Shown here piece after piece: positions 8,001 to 18,500 of a stretch of 64,000 nucleotides of DNA. Made by a program: the position numbers and the translations under genes. A model generated the notes under the pieces. That model saw only the letters and a list, made by a program, of their open reading frames with translations, searched no databases and was not told where the DNA came from. The DNA is from an uncultured Bacilli bacterium (GTDB lineage Bacteria; Bacillota_I; Bacilli_A; RF39; UBA660), in the NCBI GenBank assembly GCA_944359625.1, contig CALVSW010000001.1, positions 29,192-93,191 on the forward strand. Reading direction: 5' to 3'. The first letter of the stretch is position 1. The number at the start of each line of letters is the position of its first letter.

Positions 8001-10806
8001 TTTTAAAGCAATTGAAGAAAAATGGCAAAAATATTGGAATGAACATGAAACATTTAAAGCTATAAATGGTAGTAATAAAAAGCCTTATTATGTATTAGTT
8101 GAATTTCCATATCCATCTGGAGCTGGATTACACGTTGGTCATGTAAGAAGTTATACGGCATTAGATTCTTTAGCAAGATTAAAACGTATGCAAGGTTATA
8201 ACGTGTTATATCCAATGGGTTGGGATGCTTTTGGAGCTCCTGCTGAACAATATGCGATTAAAAATCATATTCATCCTAAGGAAGCTGTTAGAGAAAATAT
8301 CCATAATTTTAAAAGACAGATGCAATCACTTGGGTTTTCATTTGATTGGTCAAGAGAATTTTCAACAACTGATCCTGAATATTATAAATGGACTCAATGG
8401 CAATTTTTACAATTTTATAAACATAATATGGCTTATAAGGCAACAGTACCTGTAAACTGGTGTCCAAATTGTAAAACAGTTTTATCGAATGAAGATGCTG
8501 CTGGTGGGGTTTGTGAAAGATGTAAAACTAAGGTTGTTCAAAAGGAAAAATCTCAATGGATGTTACGTATGAGTGATTATGCTGAACAATTATTAGATGG
8601 TTTAAAAGATACGCATTTTGCTGATAAGGTAAAATTAGGCCAAATAAACTGGATAGGAAAATCAGTAGGAGCTGAAGTTGTTTTTAAAGTAGCAGATAGT
8701 AACTATTCTTTTACAGTATTTACAACAAGATGTGACACTTTATATGGTGCTACTTATTGTGTATTAGCACCTGAACATGAACTTGTAATGAAAATAACTA
8801 CTAAAGAACATGAAGCTGAAGTATTAAAATATAAAGAAGAATGTGCTTTAAAAAATGAGTTAGAAAGAACTGATTTAAATAAAGATAAAACCGGAGTATT
8901 CACTGGTTCTTATGCTATTAATCCTGTTAATAACAAAAAGATTCCTATTTATATAAGTGATTATGTTTTATTAAGTTATGGAACTGGCGCTATTATGGCT
9001 GTACCTGCACATGATGAAAGAGATTATGAATTTGCTAAAAAATTTAATATTCCAATTATTCAAGTTTTAGAGGAAGAAACTGGTACTCCTAAAGAAAACG
9101 AATTTAAGAAAAATTCTATTGTAGCTATTTTATATGATGAAAATAAAGATGAATATTTAACTATTAATTGGCATGATAAAGGTGGAAGATTATTTGTAGG
9201 TGGTTCAATAAAGGATAATGAAACAGCTTTAGATTGTGCTATTAGAGAGATAAAAGAAGAAACTGGTTATATTAATTTTGAATTAGTAAGTGAATTACCT
9301 AAAATAAATCATCATTATTATGCGTATAATAAAGATAAGTACTTTAATATTGAGTCTACGGGTTATTTATTTAAATTAAAAGATTATGCAAAAGAAGAAC
9401 AAAATTTAGATGATGATGAAGTTTTTGATGTTGAATGGGTTAATAAGAATGTTATTGAAAATGAAGTAACTGATGAGTTACATAAAAAAACTTTTATGTA
9501 TGCTTTAAAACCAGGCGCTATGGTTGGTGATGGTATTCATATTAATTCCGAATTCTTAAATGGTTTAAATAAAGAAGATGCTATTAATAAGATGATTGCC
9601 TACTTAGAAGAAAATAAATGTGGTTCTAAGAAAATAAATTATAAAATGCGTGATTGGATTTTCTCTCGTCAAAGATTCTGGGGTGAACCTATTCCTATGA
9701 TTAATTGTCCAAAATGTGGATGGGTTCCTATGAATGAAGAAGATTTACCTTTGTTATTACCAGATGTTGCTGAATATGAACCAACTGATAATGGGGAATC
9801 TCCACTTGCTAAAATTACTGATTGGGTAAATTGTAAGTGTCCTAAATGCGGTGGTGATGCTAAAAGAGAAACTGATACGATGCCAAACTGGGCAGGTTCT
9901 TCTTGGTATTTCTTAAGGTTTATGGATGCTCATAATGATAAAGAATTTGCTTCGATGGAAGCTATGAAATATTGGAATAAAGTTAATTGGTATAATGGGG
10001 GAATGGAACATACGGCAAGACATTTGTTGTATGCAAGATTCTGGGTTCAATTTTTATATAATATTGGTTTAGTTCCTAATAAAGAAATGATTGATGTTCG
10101 TGTATCTCATGGAATGGTTCTTGGTGATAATAACGAAAAAATGAGCAAATCTAAAGGAAATGTTATAAATCCTGATGATATTGTTAAAGAGTATGGTGCT
10201 GATGTTTTAAGAGTTTATGAAATGTTTATGGGAGATTATGAAATGGATGCTCCTTGGTCTACTTCTTCTTTAAGAGGTTGTAAACGTTTTATCGATCGTA
10301 TTATTCGTTTAGAAAATAAAGTAGTAGATGGCGATAATTATTCAAAATCTTTAGAAGTAATTATTAATAAAACAATAAAAAAAGTAACTGATGATATTCT
10401 TAATATGGGGTATAATACAGCAGTAGCAGCTTTGATGATATTATTAAATACTTATGAAGATCAAAAAGAAATTACGAAGAAAGATTATAATATAATTTTA
10501 ACTTTATTAAATCTATTTGCCCCTCATATTACAGAGGAAATAAATGAAAAACTTGGATATAAACCAATATGTGAAAGTCCATGGCCAACTTATGATGAAG
10601 ATAAAATAGAAGATAAAGAAAAAGAAATTGGCGTTCAAGTAAATGGAAAATTAAGAGCTTCGATTAAGGTTAATATCGATGATGATGAAGAAAAATTAAA
10701 GGAAAAAGCTTTAAAAGAAGATAATGTAAAAAAATATATCGATGGTAAAGAAGTAGTAAAAATTATTGCTATAAAAGGTCGTATTGTAAATATTGTTGTA
10801 AGATAG
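7984..10806 (+). CDS. leuS: Leucine--tRNA ligase with an inserted Nudix hydrolase domain
   Basis: YNFKAIEEKWQKYW, PYPSGAGLHVGHV (HIGH), AVPAHDERDYEFAKKF (CP1 editing), RDWIFSRQRFWGEPIP, KMSKSKGN (KMSKS). 940 aa, with an extra segment of about 150 aa carrying a Nudix box. Confidence 0.95.
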   Translation: MIENYNFKAIEEKWQKYWNEHETFKAINGSNKKPYYVLVEFPYPSGAGLHVGHVRSYTALDSLARLKRMQGYNVLYPMGWDAFGAPAEQYAIKNHIHPKEAVRENIHNFKRQMQSLGFSFDWSREFSTTDPEYYKWTQWQFLQFYKHNMAYKATVPVNWCPNCKTVLSNEDAAGGVCERCKTKVVQKEKSQWMLRMSDYAEQLLDGLKDTHFADKVKLGQINWIGKSVGAEVVFKVADSNYSFTVFTTRCDTLYGATYCVLAPEHELVMKITTKEHEAEVLKYKEECALKNELERTDLNKDKTGVFTGSYAINPVNNKKIPIYISDYVLLSYGTGAIMAVPAHDERDYEFAKKFNIPIIQVLEEETGTPKENEFKKNSIVAILYDENKDEYLTINWHDKGGRLFVGGSIKDNETALDCAIREIKEETGYINFELVSELPKINHHYYAYNKDKYFNIESTGYLFKLKDYAKEEQNLDDDEVFDVEWVNKNVIENEVTDELHKKTFMYALKPGAMVGDGIHINSEFLNGLNKEDAINKMIAYLEENKCGSKKINYKMRDWIFSRQRFWGEPIPMINCPKCGWVPMNEEDLPLLLPDVAEYEPTDNGESPLAKITDWVNCKCPKCGGDAKRETDTMPNWAGSSWYFLRFMDAHNDKEFASMEAMKYWNKVNWYNGGMEHTARHLLYARFWVQFLYNIGLVPNKEMIDVRVSHGMVLGDNNEKMSKSKGNVINPDDIVKEYGADVLRVYEMFMGDYEMDAPWSTSSLRGCKRFIDRIIRLENKVVDGDNYSKSLEVIINKTIKKVTDDILNMGYNTAVAALMILLNTYEDQKEITKKDYNIILTLLNLFAPHITEEINEKLGYKPICESPWPTYDEDKIEDKEKEIGVQVNGKLRASIKVNIDDDEEKLKEKALKEDNVKKYIDGKEVVKIIAIKGRIVNIVVR

Positions 10807-10814
10807 GAGAAATT

Positions 10815-11183
10815 ATGAAAGAATTAAAAATAAAAAAATGTTTAACTTGTGGAAATGTAGTTGCATTTCTAGATGATAAAGGGGGAAAGTTAGTTTGCTG
10901 TAATGAACCTATGATTGAAGTTAAAGCTAATACAGTAGATGCTAGTTTTGAAAAACATATTCCTAATTATGAAATAAATGGAGATAAAATTAAAGTCTAT
11001 GTTAATCATGTTATGGAACCAGAACATTATATTGAGTGGATTATGATTAAAACTGAAAAAGAGACTAGAGTATTTTACTTTAGACCAGGTGATGAACCAG
11101 TGTGTGAAGTACCATATTCAAGTAATATGATTATTTACAGTTATTGTAATTTACACGGATTATGGAGTAAAAATATTGGATAA
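10815..11183 (+). CDS. dfx: Desulfoferrodoxin / superoxide reductase
   Basis: N-terminal CxxC...CC desulforedoxin-like module (CLTCGNVV...LVCCNE). EKHIP, NHVMEPEHYIEW and YCNLHGLW are centre-II ligand motifs. Confidence 0.85.
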   Translation: MKELKIKKCLTCGNVVAFLDDKGGKLVCCNEPMIEVKANTVDASFEKHIPNYEINGDKIKVYVNHVMEPEHYIEWIMIKTEKETRVFYFRPGDEPVCEVPYSSNMIIYSYCNLHGLWSKNIG

Positions 11184-11209
11184 CTTTAAATAAAAAAGTT
11201 TAATTATTT

Positions 11210-11246
11210 AAGATAATTTCAAGTAATATAGAAATTATCTTTTTTT
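11210..11246 (+). terminator. Rho-independent terminator after dfx
   Basis: aagataatttc / gaaattatctt stem followed by a T-run. Confidence 0.75.
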
Positions 11247-11344
11247 ATAACTAATAGTTATATTGGTATTACAAATATATATTTGTATTATTAAATTTAT
11301 TATTTTAAAATATAAATTAACTTAGTTTTAAAGGAGGTTTTATT

Positions 11345-11932
11345 ATGGTTTTTGCTACAAATAATGAAGGAAAATTAAGAGAATTAAAAGAAATATTTGG
11401 TGATAAAAATATTATTTCTTTGAAAGAAATAGGTGTAAATATCGATGTTGTTGAAGATCAAAATAGTTTTTATGGTAATGCTAGAAAGAAAGCTATAGAA
11501 GTTTTTAATTTAGTTAAAATTCCTGTAATAGCAGATGATTCAGGATTATGTATTAATGCTTTAAATGATTTTCCAGGAGTAATGACACACCGCTTTTTAG
11601 GTACTAATAAAACTTATAAAGAAATTAATGATACACTTATTAAAGCGTGTAGTAATTTAAAAGATAGAAGTGCAAAAGTAGTATGCTGTTTAGTATACTA
11701 CGATGGTGTAAATGAGGTTGTTGAAACTGGTGAAATTAATGGAAATATTACTTTAGAAGCACGTGGAATTAATGGCTTTGGCTTTGATCCTATTTTTGAA
11801 TTAGATGATGGAAGAACCTTAGCTGAATTGGATAGTGATACTAAAAATATATGCAGTGCCAGATATTTAGCAGCTAAAAAATTAAAGAAAAGTTTAAATA
11901 AATTAGATAAAAATTTAAAGAAAAAATTATAG
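11345..11932 (+). CDS. rdgB: Non-canonical purine NTP pyrophosphatase (dITP/XTP; Ham1/RdgB family)
   Basis: FATNNEGKLRELKEIF, ADDSGLCINALNDFPGV, GFGFDPIF. Confidence 0.9.
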   Translation: MVFATNNEGKLRELKEIFGDKNIISLKEIGVNIDVVEDQNSFYGNARKKAIEVFNLVKIPVIADDSGLCINALNDFPGVMTHRFLGTNKTYKEINDTLIKACSNLKDRSAKVVCCLVYYDGVNEVVETGEINGNITLEARGINGFGFDPIFELDDGRTLAELDSDTKNICSARYLAAKKLKKSLNKLDKNLKKKL

Positions 11933-11949
11933 AAAGTTTAGAGAAAAAG

Positions 11950-12798
11950 ATGATTGATTTACATACACATACAACTGCTTCTGATGGTGAATTTACACCA
12001 TCAGAATTAATTGATTTAGCAATAGATAAAAATATCAAGGTATTATCAATAACTGATCATGATACAATTGACGGTTTAAAAGCAGCAGTAGAATATGTAA
12101 AAAATAAAGATATTTTATTTATTCCTGGTATAGAATTAAAAGCACAATGTAAAAGTGGTCAAATGCATATATTAGGTTATAATATAGATTATACAAATCT
12201 TAATTTACAGGAAAAATTAAATGATTTAGTAAATAAAAGAAATATTAGAAATGCTAAATATATAGAGTATTTTAGGAGTTTAGGTTTTGATATTTCATTA
12301 GAAGAATTACAAGAAATAAGTGGTGGTTTAGTTATAGGTAAACCTCATTTTGCAAAATTATTTTTACAAAAAGGGTATATTACAAATAAAGATATTATTT
12401 ATTCCGGTTATTTTAACTGTGAACCACTATCTAAAATTAGAGAGTTAGCTTATGAGCCAGAAGAAGTTATTAGAATAGTAAAAGAAGCTAGTGGTACTGC
12501 TATTTTAGCTCATCCCCAAACATTAAAGCTAAGTGATAATGATTTAGAAGATAAGTTAAAAGAATTAATGGATTATGGGTTAGATGGGCTCGAATGTTAT
12601 CACTCAAATCAAACTTTAGAAGAAATGCAAAAATTTAGAGAGCTTGCTTTAAAATATAAGTTATTAATAACCAAGGGTAGTGATTATCATGGTCCAGCTG
12701 TAAAACCTAATATTAGACTAGGTACAGGGATTGATAATAACATAGTAAATAATGAAGAAGAAATTATTATAAGCAGATTACTAAAAAAAAGAAAGTAG
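11950..12798 (+). CDS. PHP-domain phosphoesterase (TrpH/YciV-like)
   Basis: IDLHTHTTASDGEFTPSELI, ITDHDTIDG, AHPQTL, GSDYHG are metal-ligand motifs of the PHP fold. Confidence 0.85.
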   Translation: MIDLHTHTTASDGEFTPSELIDLAIDKNIKVLSITDHDTIDGLKAAVEYVKNKDILFIPGIELKAQCKSGQMHILGYNIDYTNLNLQEKLNDLVNKRNIRNAKYIEYFRSLGFDISLEELQEISGGLVIGKPHFAKLFLQKGYITNKDIIYSGYFNCEPLSKIRELAYEPEEVIRIVKEASGTAILAHPQTLKLSDNDLEDKLKELMDYGLDGLECYHSNQTLEEMQKFRELALKYKLLITKGSDYHGPAVKPNIRLGTGIDNNIVNNEEEIIISRLLKKRK

Positions 12799-12805
12799 GT
12801 ATTAC

Positions 12806-13861
12806 ATGGAGTTTTTTGAAATAGGTGCTACAATCTTTGGACTATTACAAGGTTTACTAGTTATGTTAAACAAAAGATGTAACTGGATTGCATACATTAC
12901 TCAAATGATATTAATGGTTGTATTTTCATTAAGTGTAAACCTATATGGTGATGCTTTAAATAGCTTTTGTTATATTTTTATAGGTATTATAGGATTTATA
13001 GTTTGGAATAAAAAAGAAAAAGAATATATAGGCGTATGTTCATGGAAAGAACGCATTATTTATATTTTTTTAATTTTATTAGGAACGTATATAGGATATT
13101 TAGTATTAAATAAAACGGATGATCCATTACCATTAATAGATGCATTTACAACTGTTTCTTCGTTTGTTGCAACATATTATATGATTGTAAAAAAAATTGA
13201 TACTTGGATAATATGGTTTATAAATGATATATTTTATTGTTTAACATATTGGTTGTTACCTGATCAAGCGTTATATTTATTTACTCTTAATCTTTTATGG
13301 ACTTTTATGGCTATTGGCAGTTTTTTTAATTGGTACAAGATAAGAAAAAATAATACTATTAATAAATTATATTGTGCTGGGGCATTTAGTTTTGATTATT
13401 TAGAAAAAAATTATAAGGAAAAAGCTAAAAAAGATTATAGAGCAAAAATTTTGGGTAATGTAAATTTGTTATTAGAGAAGCAAGATTATGTAATACTTAA
13501 GCCCAATTTATATTATATTGGTCCATTTTATTTCGAAACAGATGGTATGATTGATGAGTTAATTGTTAAAGAAGAGATTAAAATGATTAAAAATTGTACT
13601 CATATAATATTTTTATTAGATTCAGGTTGTTGTCCTGGAACGATAGCAGAACTTATATTTGCAGTAAATTTAAAAAAAGATATAAGTATATTTTACATAA
13701 AAAGAAAAGATAATGAAGAAACGGAAAGTGATTTACATACGCCTTGTTGGTTTCCAATAATAATCAGTAAACTACATAATAAAAATACTAAAATTATTAG
13801 TTGCAAAGATTATAATGATGCTACAAAAAAAATAAAAAAATATATAGAAAATTTTAACTAA
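12806..13861 (+). CDS. pnuC: Nicotinamide riboside transporter PnuC fused to a C-terminal nucleoside 2-deoxyribosyltransferase-like domain
   Basis: N-terminal about 190 aa has PnuC-like repeats (MLNKRCNWIAYITQ...; DAFTTVSSFVATYYMIVKKIDTWIIWFIND). The C-terminal about 155 aa is soluble, with LYCAGAFSF... and LLDSGCCPGTIAELIFAVNLKKDISIFY, resembling the NDT/LOG-like Rossmann-type fold. Confidence 0.7.
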   Translation: MEFFEIGATIFGLLQGLLVMLNKRCNWIAYITQMILMVVFSLSVNLYGDALNSFCYIFIGIIGFIVWNKKEKEYIGVCSWKERIIYIFLILLGTYIGYLVLNKTDDPLPLIDAFTTVSSFVATYYMIVKKIDTWIIWFINDIFYCLTYWLLPDQALYLFTLNLLWTFMAIGSFFNWYKIRKNNTINKLYCAGAFSFDYLEKNYKEKAKKDYRAKILGNVNLLLEKQDYVILKPNLYYIGPFYFETDGMIDELIVKEEIKMIKNCTHIIFLLDSGCCPGTIAELIFAVNLKKDISIFYIKRKDNEETESDLHTPCWFPIIISKLHNKNTKIISCKDYNDATKKIKKYIENFN

Positions 13862-13879
13862 ATAAAAAAGTCTATTATA

Positions 13880-15388
13880 TTAATTTTTTGTTAATGATAG
13901 ACTTTTTTGTTTGTCTGTAAATTCAATATTATCTATAATTTCTATAATATATTCTAAACTTATTTCATCATTAAAACTTAAGTTTACAGAATTATCAATA
14001 GTAATTTGTTTAGATACTAATAAATCTTTAATAAGTAAATATATATAATTTTTTAAACTTAAAATATAATCATTGTTTTTTATTACATCTTTCTTTATTC
14101 CATATTTTTTAATAGCTATTAAATATAATAAACTAATTTTATTAGCAATATAAATTTGGTTACTAAGTGAAATAATATTGATATTATTAAAAAATACTTC
14201 ACTTATTTTATTTATTTCATTTAAATCAAAAATATTATTTGGTTCCATTCCTAACATTTTCATAACTTTATTAACTAAATTATCGATACAAGTTATAATG
14301 TCATTTTCTGTATAAAGTTTAAAATCAAGTATTAATTTTATTTTTGCTTCTAAATTTATTAATTTTTTTAAAAGACTTATTTTATTATCAGTATATAAAC
14401 TTAAATTTATTTTACCATTACTAATTTCAAAATTATCTTTATACTTACTTTCTTTAATAATAAGTTCTAGTTCTTTTTTATACTCTAAATACTTAGCATA
14501 ATTAAAATATTTTAGTTTATCTAATAATAAAGTTATGGTTTGATATTCTATATTTAATGTTGACTTTATCTGCGATTTATTTTCAGAAATTATACTTCTA
14601 TCTTCTTTATTTTCAATATCTTCTATTTTAGGACTAAGTGATATTATTTCTCTCGCAAAATAAGTATTTAAAAACCACATTACTGTATTTTCATAGTTAC
14701 CATTATTATTATTTTTATTGTTATATTGAATATTAGGGATTATTATTTGTTTTGCAATGCATAAGTCATAATCTTCAAGTATTATCCACTTAATTGGTTT
14801 TACTTCAATTATATTTTTATTAAGTCTTACAATTTTTTTGTTTTGATACTCATATTCATCAAATATTTGTGGGGTAAATTTTTCATCTACATTATTACCA
14901 TGATAAGAATCTATAGTAAATTTTCTTCCTGTTTTTTTGAAAAACTTTTTTTTAGTAAACTTTTCTAATTTATAAATAAATGATGTTAACAATTTATCAC
15001 AAATAATTTGTTGTGGATATTCTCCGTATTCCCCAATTTTAAATAAATTTTCATTATCACATATTTCTATATTTTTCATTTGAGAAGCAATCGAAGAATA
15101 TTTAATAACTGGTCTTATCCCTATATTTCTTGCATCACTTAATACTAATGATAATTTTCCTTCCCCGTCAATACAGTATGATTTTGTTGAATCGTTGGAT
15201 TCATTTAACCACCATGCACCAAAATTACCATCAAAAGAAGCCCAGTAAATTCTAGTAAGAAAAAATGCAAAATTTGTCATATGTGCTGGTAATAAGTATT
15301 TATTTATTTTTTTAAAAATTTCTAATTCTTCTTTATTTAATATTTTAACTTCAGGTATAACTTTTTCTTCTTTATCCATTTTTACCAT
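13880..15388 (-). CDS. Hypothetical protein. N-terminal domain resembles the 'WWL(R/N)...GIRP' DUF6273-type module (from memory); C-terminal half is helical and Asn/Lys-rich.
   Basis: 502-aa ORF with GAWWLNESNDSTKSYCIDGEGKLSLVLSDARNIGIRPVIKY. No catalytic motif recognised. Its 3' end overlaps a bidirectional hairpin aaaagtctat/atagactttt. Confidence 0.6.
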   Translation of the reverse strand: MVKMDKEEKVIPEVKILNKEELEIFKKINKYLLPAHMTNFAFFLTRIYWASFDGNFGAWWLNESNDSTKSYCIDGEGKLSLVLSDARNIGIRPVIKYSSIASQMKNIEICDNENLFKIGEYGEYPQQIICDKLLTSFIYKLEKFTKKKFFKKTGRKFTIDSYHGNNVDEKFTPQIFDEYEYQNKKIVRLNKNIIEVKPIKWIILEDYDLCIAKQIIIPNIQYNNKNNNNGNYENTVMWFLNTYFAREIISLSPKIEDIENKEDRSIISENKSQIKSTLNIEYQTITLLLDKLKYFNYAKYLEYKKELELIIKESKYKDNFEISNGKINLSLYTDNKISLLKKLINLEAKIKLILDFKLYTENDIITCIDNLVNKVMKMLGMEPNNIFDLNEINKISEVFFNNINIISLSNQIYIANKISLLYLIAIKKYGIKKDVIKNNDYILSLKNYIYLLIKDLLVSKQITIDNSVNLSFNDEISLEYIIEIIDNIEFTDKQKSLSLTKN

Positions 15389-15582
15389 CCTTTATATTTA
15401 CAAAAATAGTAAATAGTGATTAGTATAGTAAAATATGTTTTTATATAATACAAATATTAATTAGTTATTAAAGTATAACTTAAAGTTATAGTATTTGGAA
15501 TTAGGAACAAATTATATTTGTAGTTATACTTGTAAATTAATTAGTTTATGCTTTATAATTATAATTGGAGAAAGAGGTAAAT

Positions 15583-18500
15583 ATGAAAAAAATAGTTGAT
15601 GGAAATACAGCTTGTAGTGATATTGCGTACTTATTTAGTGAAGTAGCAAGTATCTATCCAATTACACCATCTAGTCCAATGGCTAGTAATTTTGATAAAT
15701 TAAAAGATAAAAGAAAAAATTTATTTAATGAATCAGTAACCTTAGTTGAAATGCAAAGTGAAGCAGGTGCTGCTGGAACAATGCATGGAGCTTTATTAAG
15801 TGGTTCCCTAGCTACTACTTTTACTGCTTCTCAAGGTTTACTTTTAATGATTCCTAATATGTATAAGATGGCTGGAGAGGGTCTTCCTGGCGTAATTCAT
15901 GTCGCTGCAAGAACAGTAGCAACTAATGCTTTATCTATTTTTGGCGATCATAGTGATATTTATGCCGCATCTAAAACCGGATTTGCATTTTTAGCATCTA
16001 CTAATGTCTTTGATGCTCAAAATTTAGCAGCAGTAGCTCATTTATCTGCTATTAAAGGAAGTATACCATTTTTACATTTTTTTGATGGTTTTAGAACTTC
16101 TCATGAAATAAATACGATTGAAGAATTACCAGAATTAGAATTATTAAAATTAATTGATTTTGATAAAGTTAATGAATTCAAAAAGAAAGCATTAAATGTA
16201 GGTTGTGGTTATCAAAGAGGTATGGCTGTTAATGAAGATATATTCTTTCAAACACAAGAAGCCCGTAATAAAGATTATGAAGTTATTCCTAATATAGTAA
16301 ATGATTATATGCAAAAGATAAATAGTATTATGAATACTTCTTATAAACCATTTAATTATTATGGTGCAAGTGATGCTAAGTATGTAATTGTAGCAATGGG
16401 TAGTGTTTGTGATACGATTAAGTTAGTTGTTGATAAACTTAATAAAGCAGGAAAAAAATATGGACTTATAGAAGTTCACTTATATAAACCTTTTAGTGCT
16501 AAATACTTCTTAGATGTTTTACCAAGTACAGTTGAAAATATTGCTGTTTTAGATCGTACTAAAGAACCTGCTTCTATTGGAGAACCTTTATATTTAGATT
16601 GTGTTGCTGTATTAAAAGATAAAAATATTAATATAGTAGGAGGAAGATATGGTTTATCTAGCAAAAATACCACTCCTAACGATATATTAGCAGTATATCA
16701 CATGCTAGAGACTAAACTTCTAAATAGTTTTACTATTAGTATTAATGATGATGTAACTAATTTAAGTTTAAAACCTATTGATTATCATTTCCCTGTATGT
16801 GATAAAGAAATATTAATATATGGTTATGGTTCAGATGGAATGGTTAGTACATCTAAAGATATAATGCATTTAGTTGGTGAAAAAACTGATAATTATGTTC
16901 AAGGATATTTTCAATATGATAGTAAAAAATCTGGTGGTGTAACTGTATCTAATTTAAGAATTGGCGAATCTATGATTAATGCCCCTTATTATGTAACTAA
17001 TCCTAATTTATTAGTTATTACTAAAGATTCTTATATTAAAAACTTCCCAATGTTTGATAATGTAGTAGCTAATTCTATTTGTTTAATTAATACTAATAAA
17101 AGAGGTAAGGAATTAGATGAATTATTCCCAGTACATGTAAAAGAAATTATTGAAGAAAAAAATATTAAGGTTTTATTGGTGGATGCTGATAAAATAGCTA
17201 TTTCTAGTGGTATAAAAGGAAAAATAAGTAAGATAATGGAAATTATTATTTTAAAATTAATAAGTTTTCCAAATGCTTTAAACTTAGTTATCGATTCTAT
17301 TAAAGATAAATTTAAAACTAAAGGTGATGATATAGTTAATGCTAATATTAACGCAGTTAACGAAGCATTAACTAATGTAGTTGAAATTAGTGGTAAATTT
17401 AATTTAAATAAAGTAGATGAAGAAAAGCCTAATAATATAATAAGTAAGATTAATGATCGTTTAGGAGATAAATTATCAGTATCCGAAGTTATGGAATTTA
17501 AAAATGGTATTTATCCAAGTGGTTTATCTAAGTATGAAAAACGTAAAACTAGTTTATTAGTACCTAAATGGAATTCTGATAATTGTATTCAATGTGGTTT
17601 TTGTGCAACCGTTTGTCCTCATGCCGTAATAAGACCAATAATTACTAAAGATAGTGCTAAAGGTATTCCAGTTTTAGGAAAAGATGGTTATTGGTATGAA
17701 ATATTAGTAAGTGAAGAAGATTGTACAAGTTGTGGTTTATGTATTAATATTTGTCCAGGTAAAAATGGTAATAAAGCTTTAAGTTTTGGTGAAGCTACCT
17801 ATGAGAATTCTTCTTATGTTAAAAAAATGTTTGATGAATATCAAAATCCAGAGTTATATCCAAAATTTACTGTTAAAGGTGCTAGCCTCTTAAAACCTTA
17901 TTTTGAATTTAGTGGTGCTTGTGCTGGATGTGGGGAAACTCCTTATTTAAAAATGTTAAGTCAGTTATTTGGAGAAAAATTAGTAATATCTAATGCTACT
18001 GGTTGTTCTTCAATTTATGGTGGTTCAGCTCCATCAACTCCATATTTGATACCATGGGTAAATTCTTTATTTGAAGATAATGCTGAAGCTGGTTACGGTA
18101 TTTACTTAAGCTATAAAATGATGCATAATCGTATTAAAGAGATAATTAATCAAACTAAAGAAGCTGTTAATGATAATGTTAAATCTTTATATAATAAATG
18201 GTTAGATAATGAAAATGATTTTGTAGTTACTAAAGAAGTAAAAGAAGCTTTAGAAAAAGAAGAGATTCCTAAAGATTTAAAGAATATTATTAATTATGTT
18301 CCTGCTCGTAGTGTCTTTATTGTAGGTGGTGATGGATGGGCTTACGATATTGGTTTTGGTGGTATAGATCATGTCTTATCTAGCGGTGAAAATATAAATA
18401 TTTTAGTTTTAGATACCGAAGTATATTCTAATACTGGTGGTCAATCATCTAAATCGACAAGACGTGGTGCTGTTGCAGAATTTGCTAATATGGGTAAAAA

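Noticed and set aside
11270-11287. Perfect 18-nt palindrome tACAAATATATATTTGTa upstream of rdgB, resembling ACAAATTATATTTGT (15507-15521) upstream of PFOR: a possible shared operator
   Set aside because: The half-site spacing differs (4 vs 3 nt). AT-only palindromes of this kind are expected by chance in such AT-rich intergenic DNA. No matching known operator consensus was recognised.
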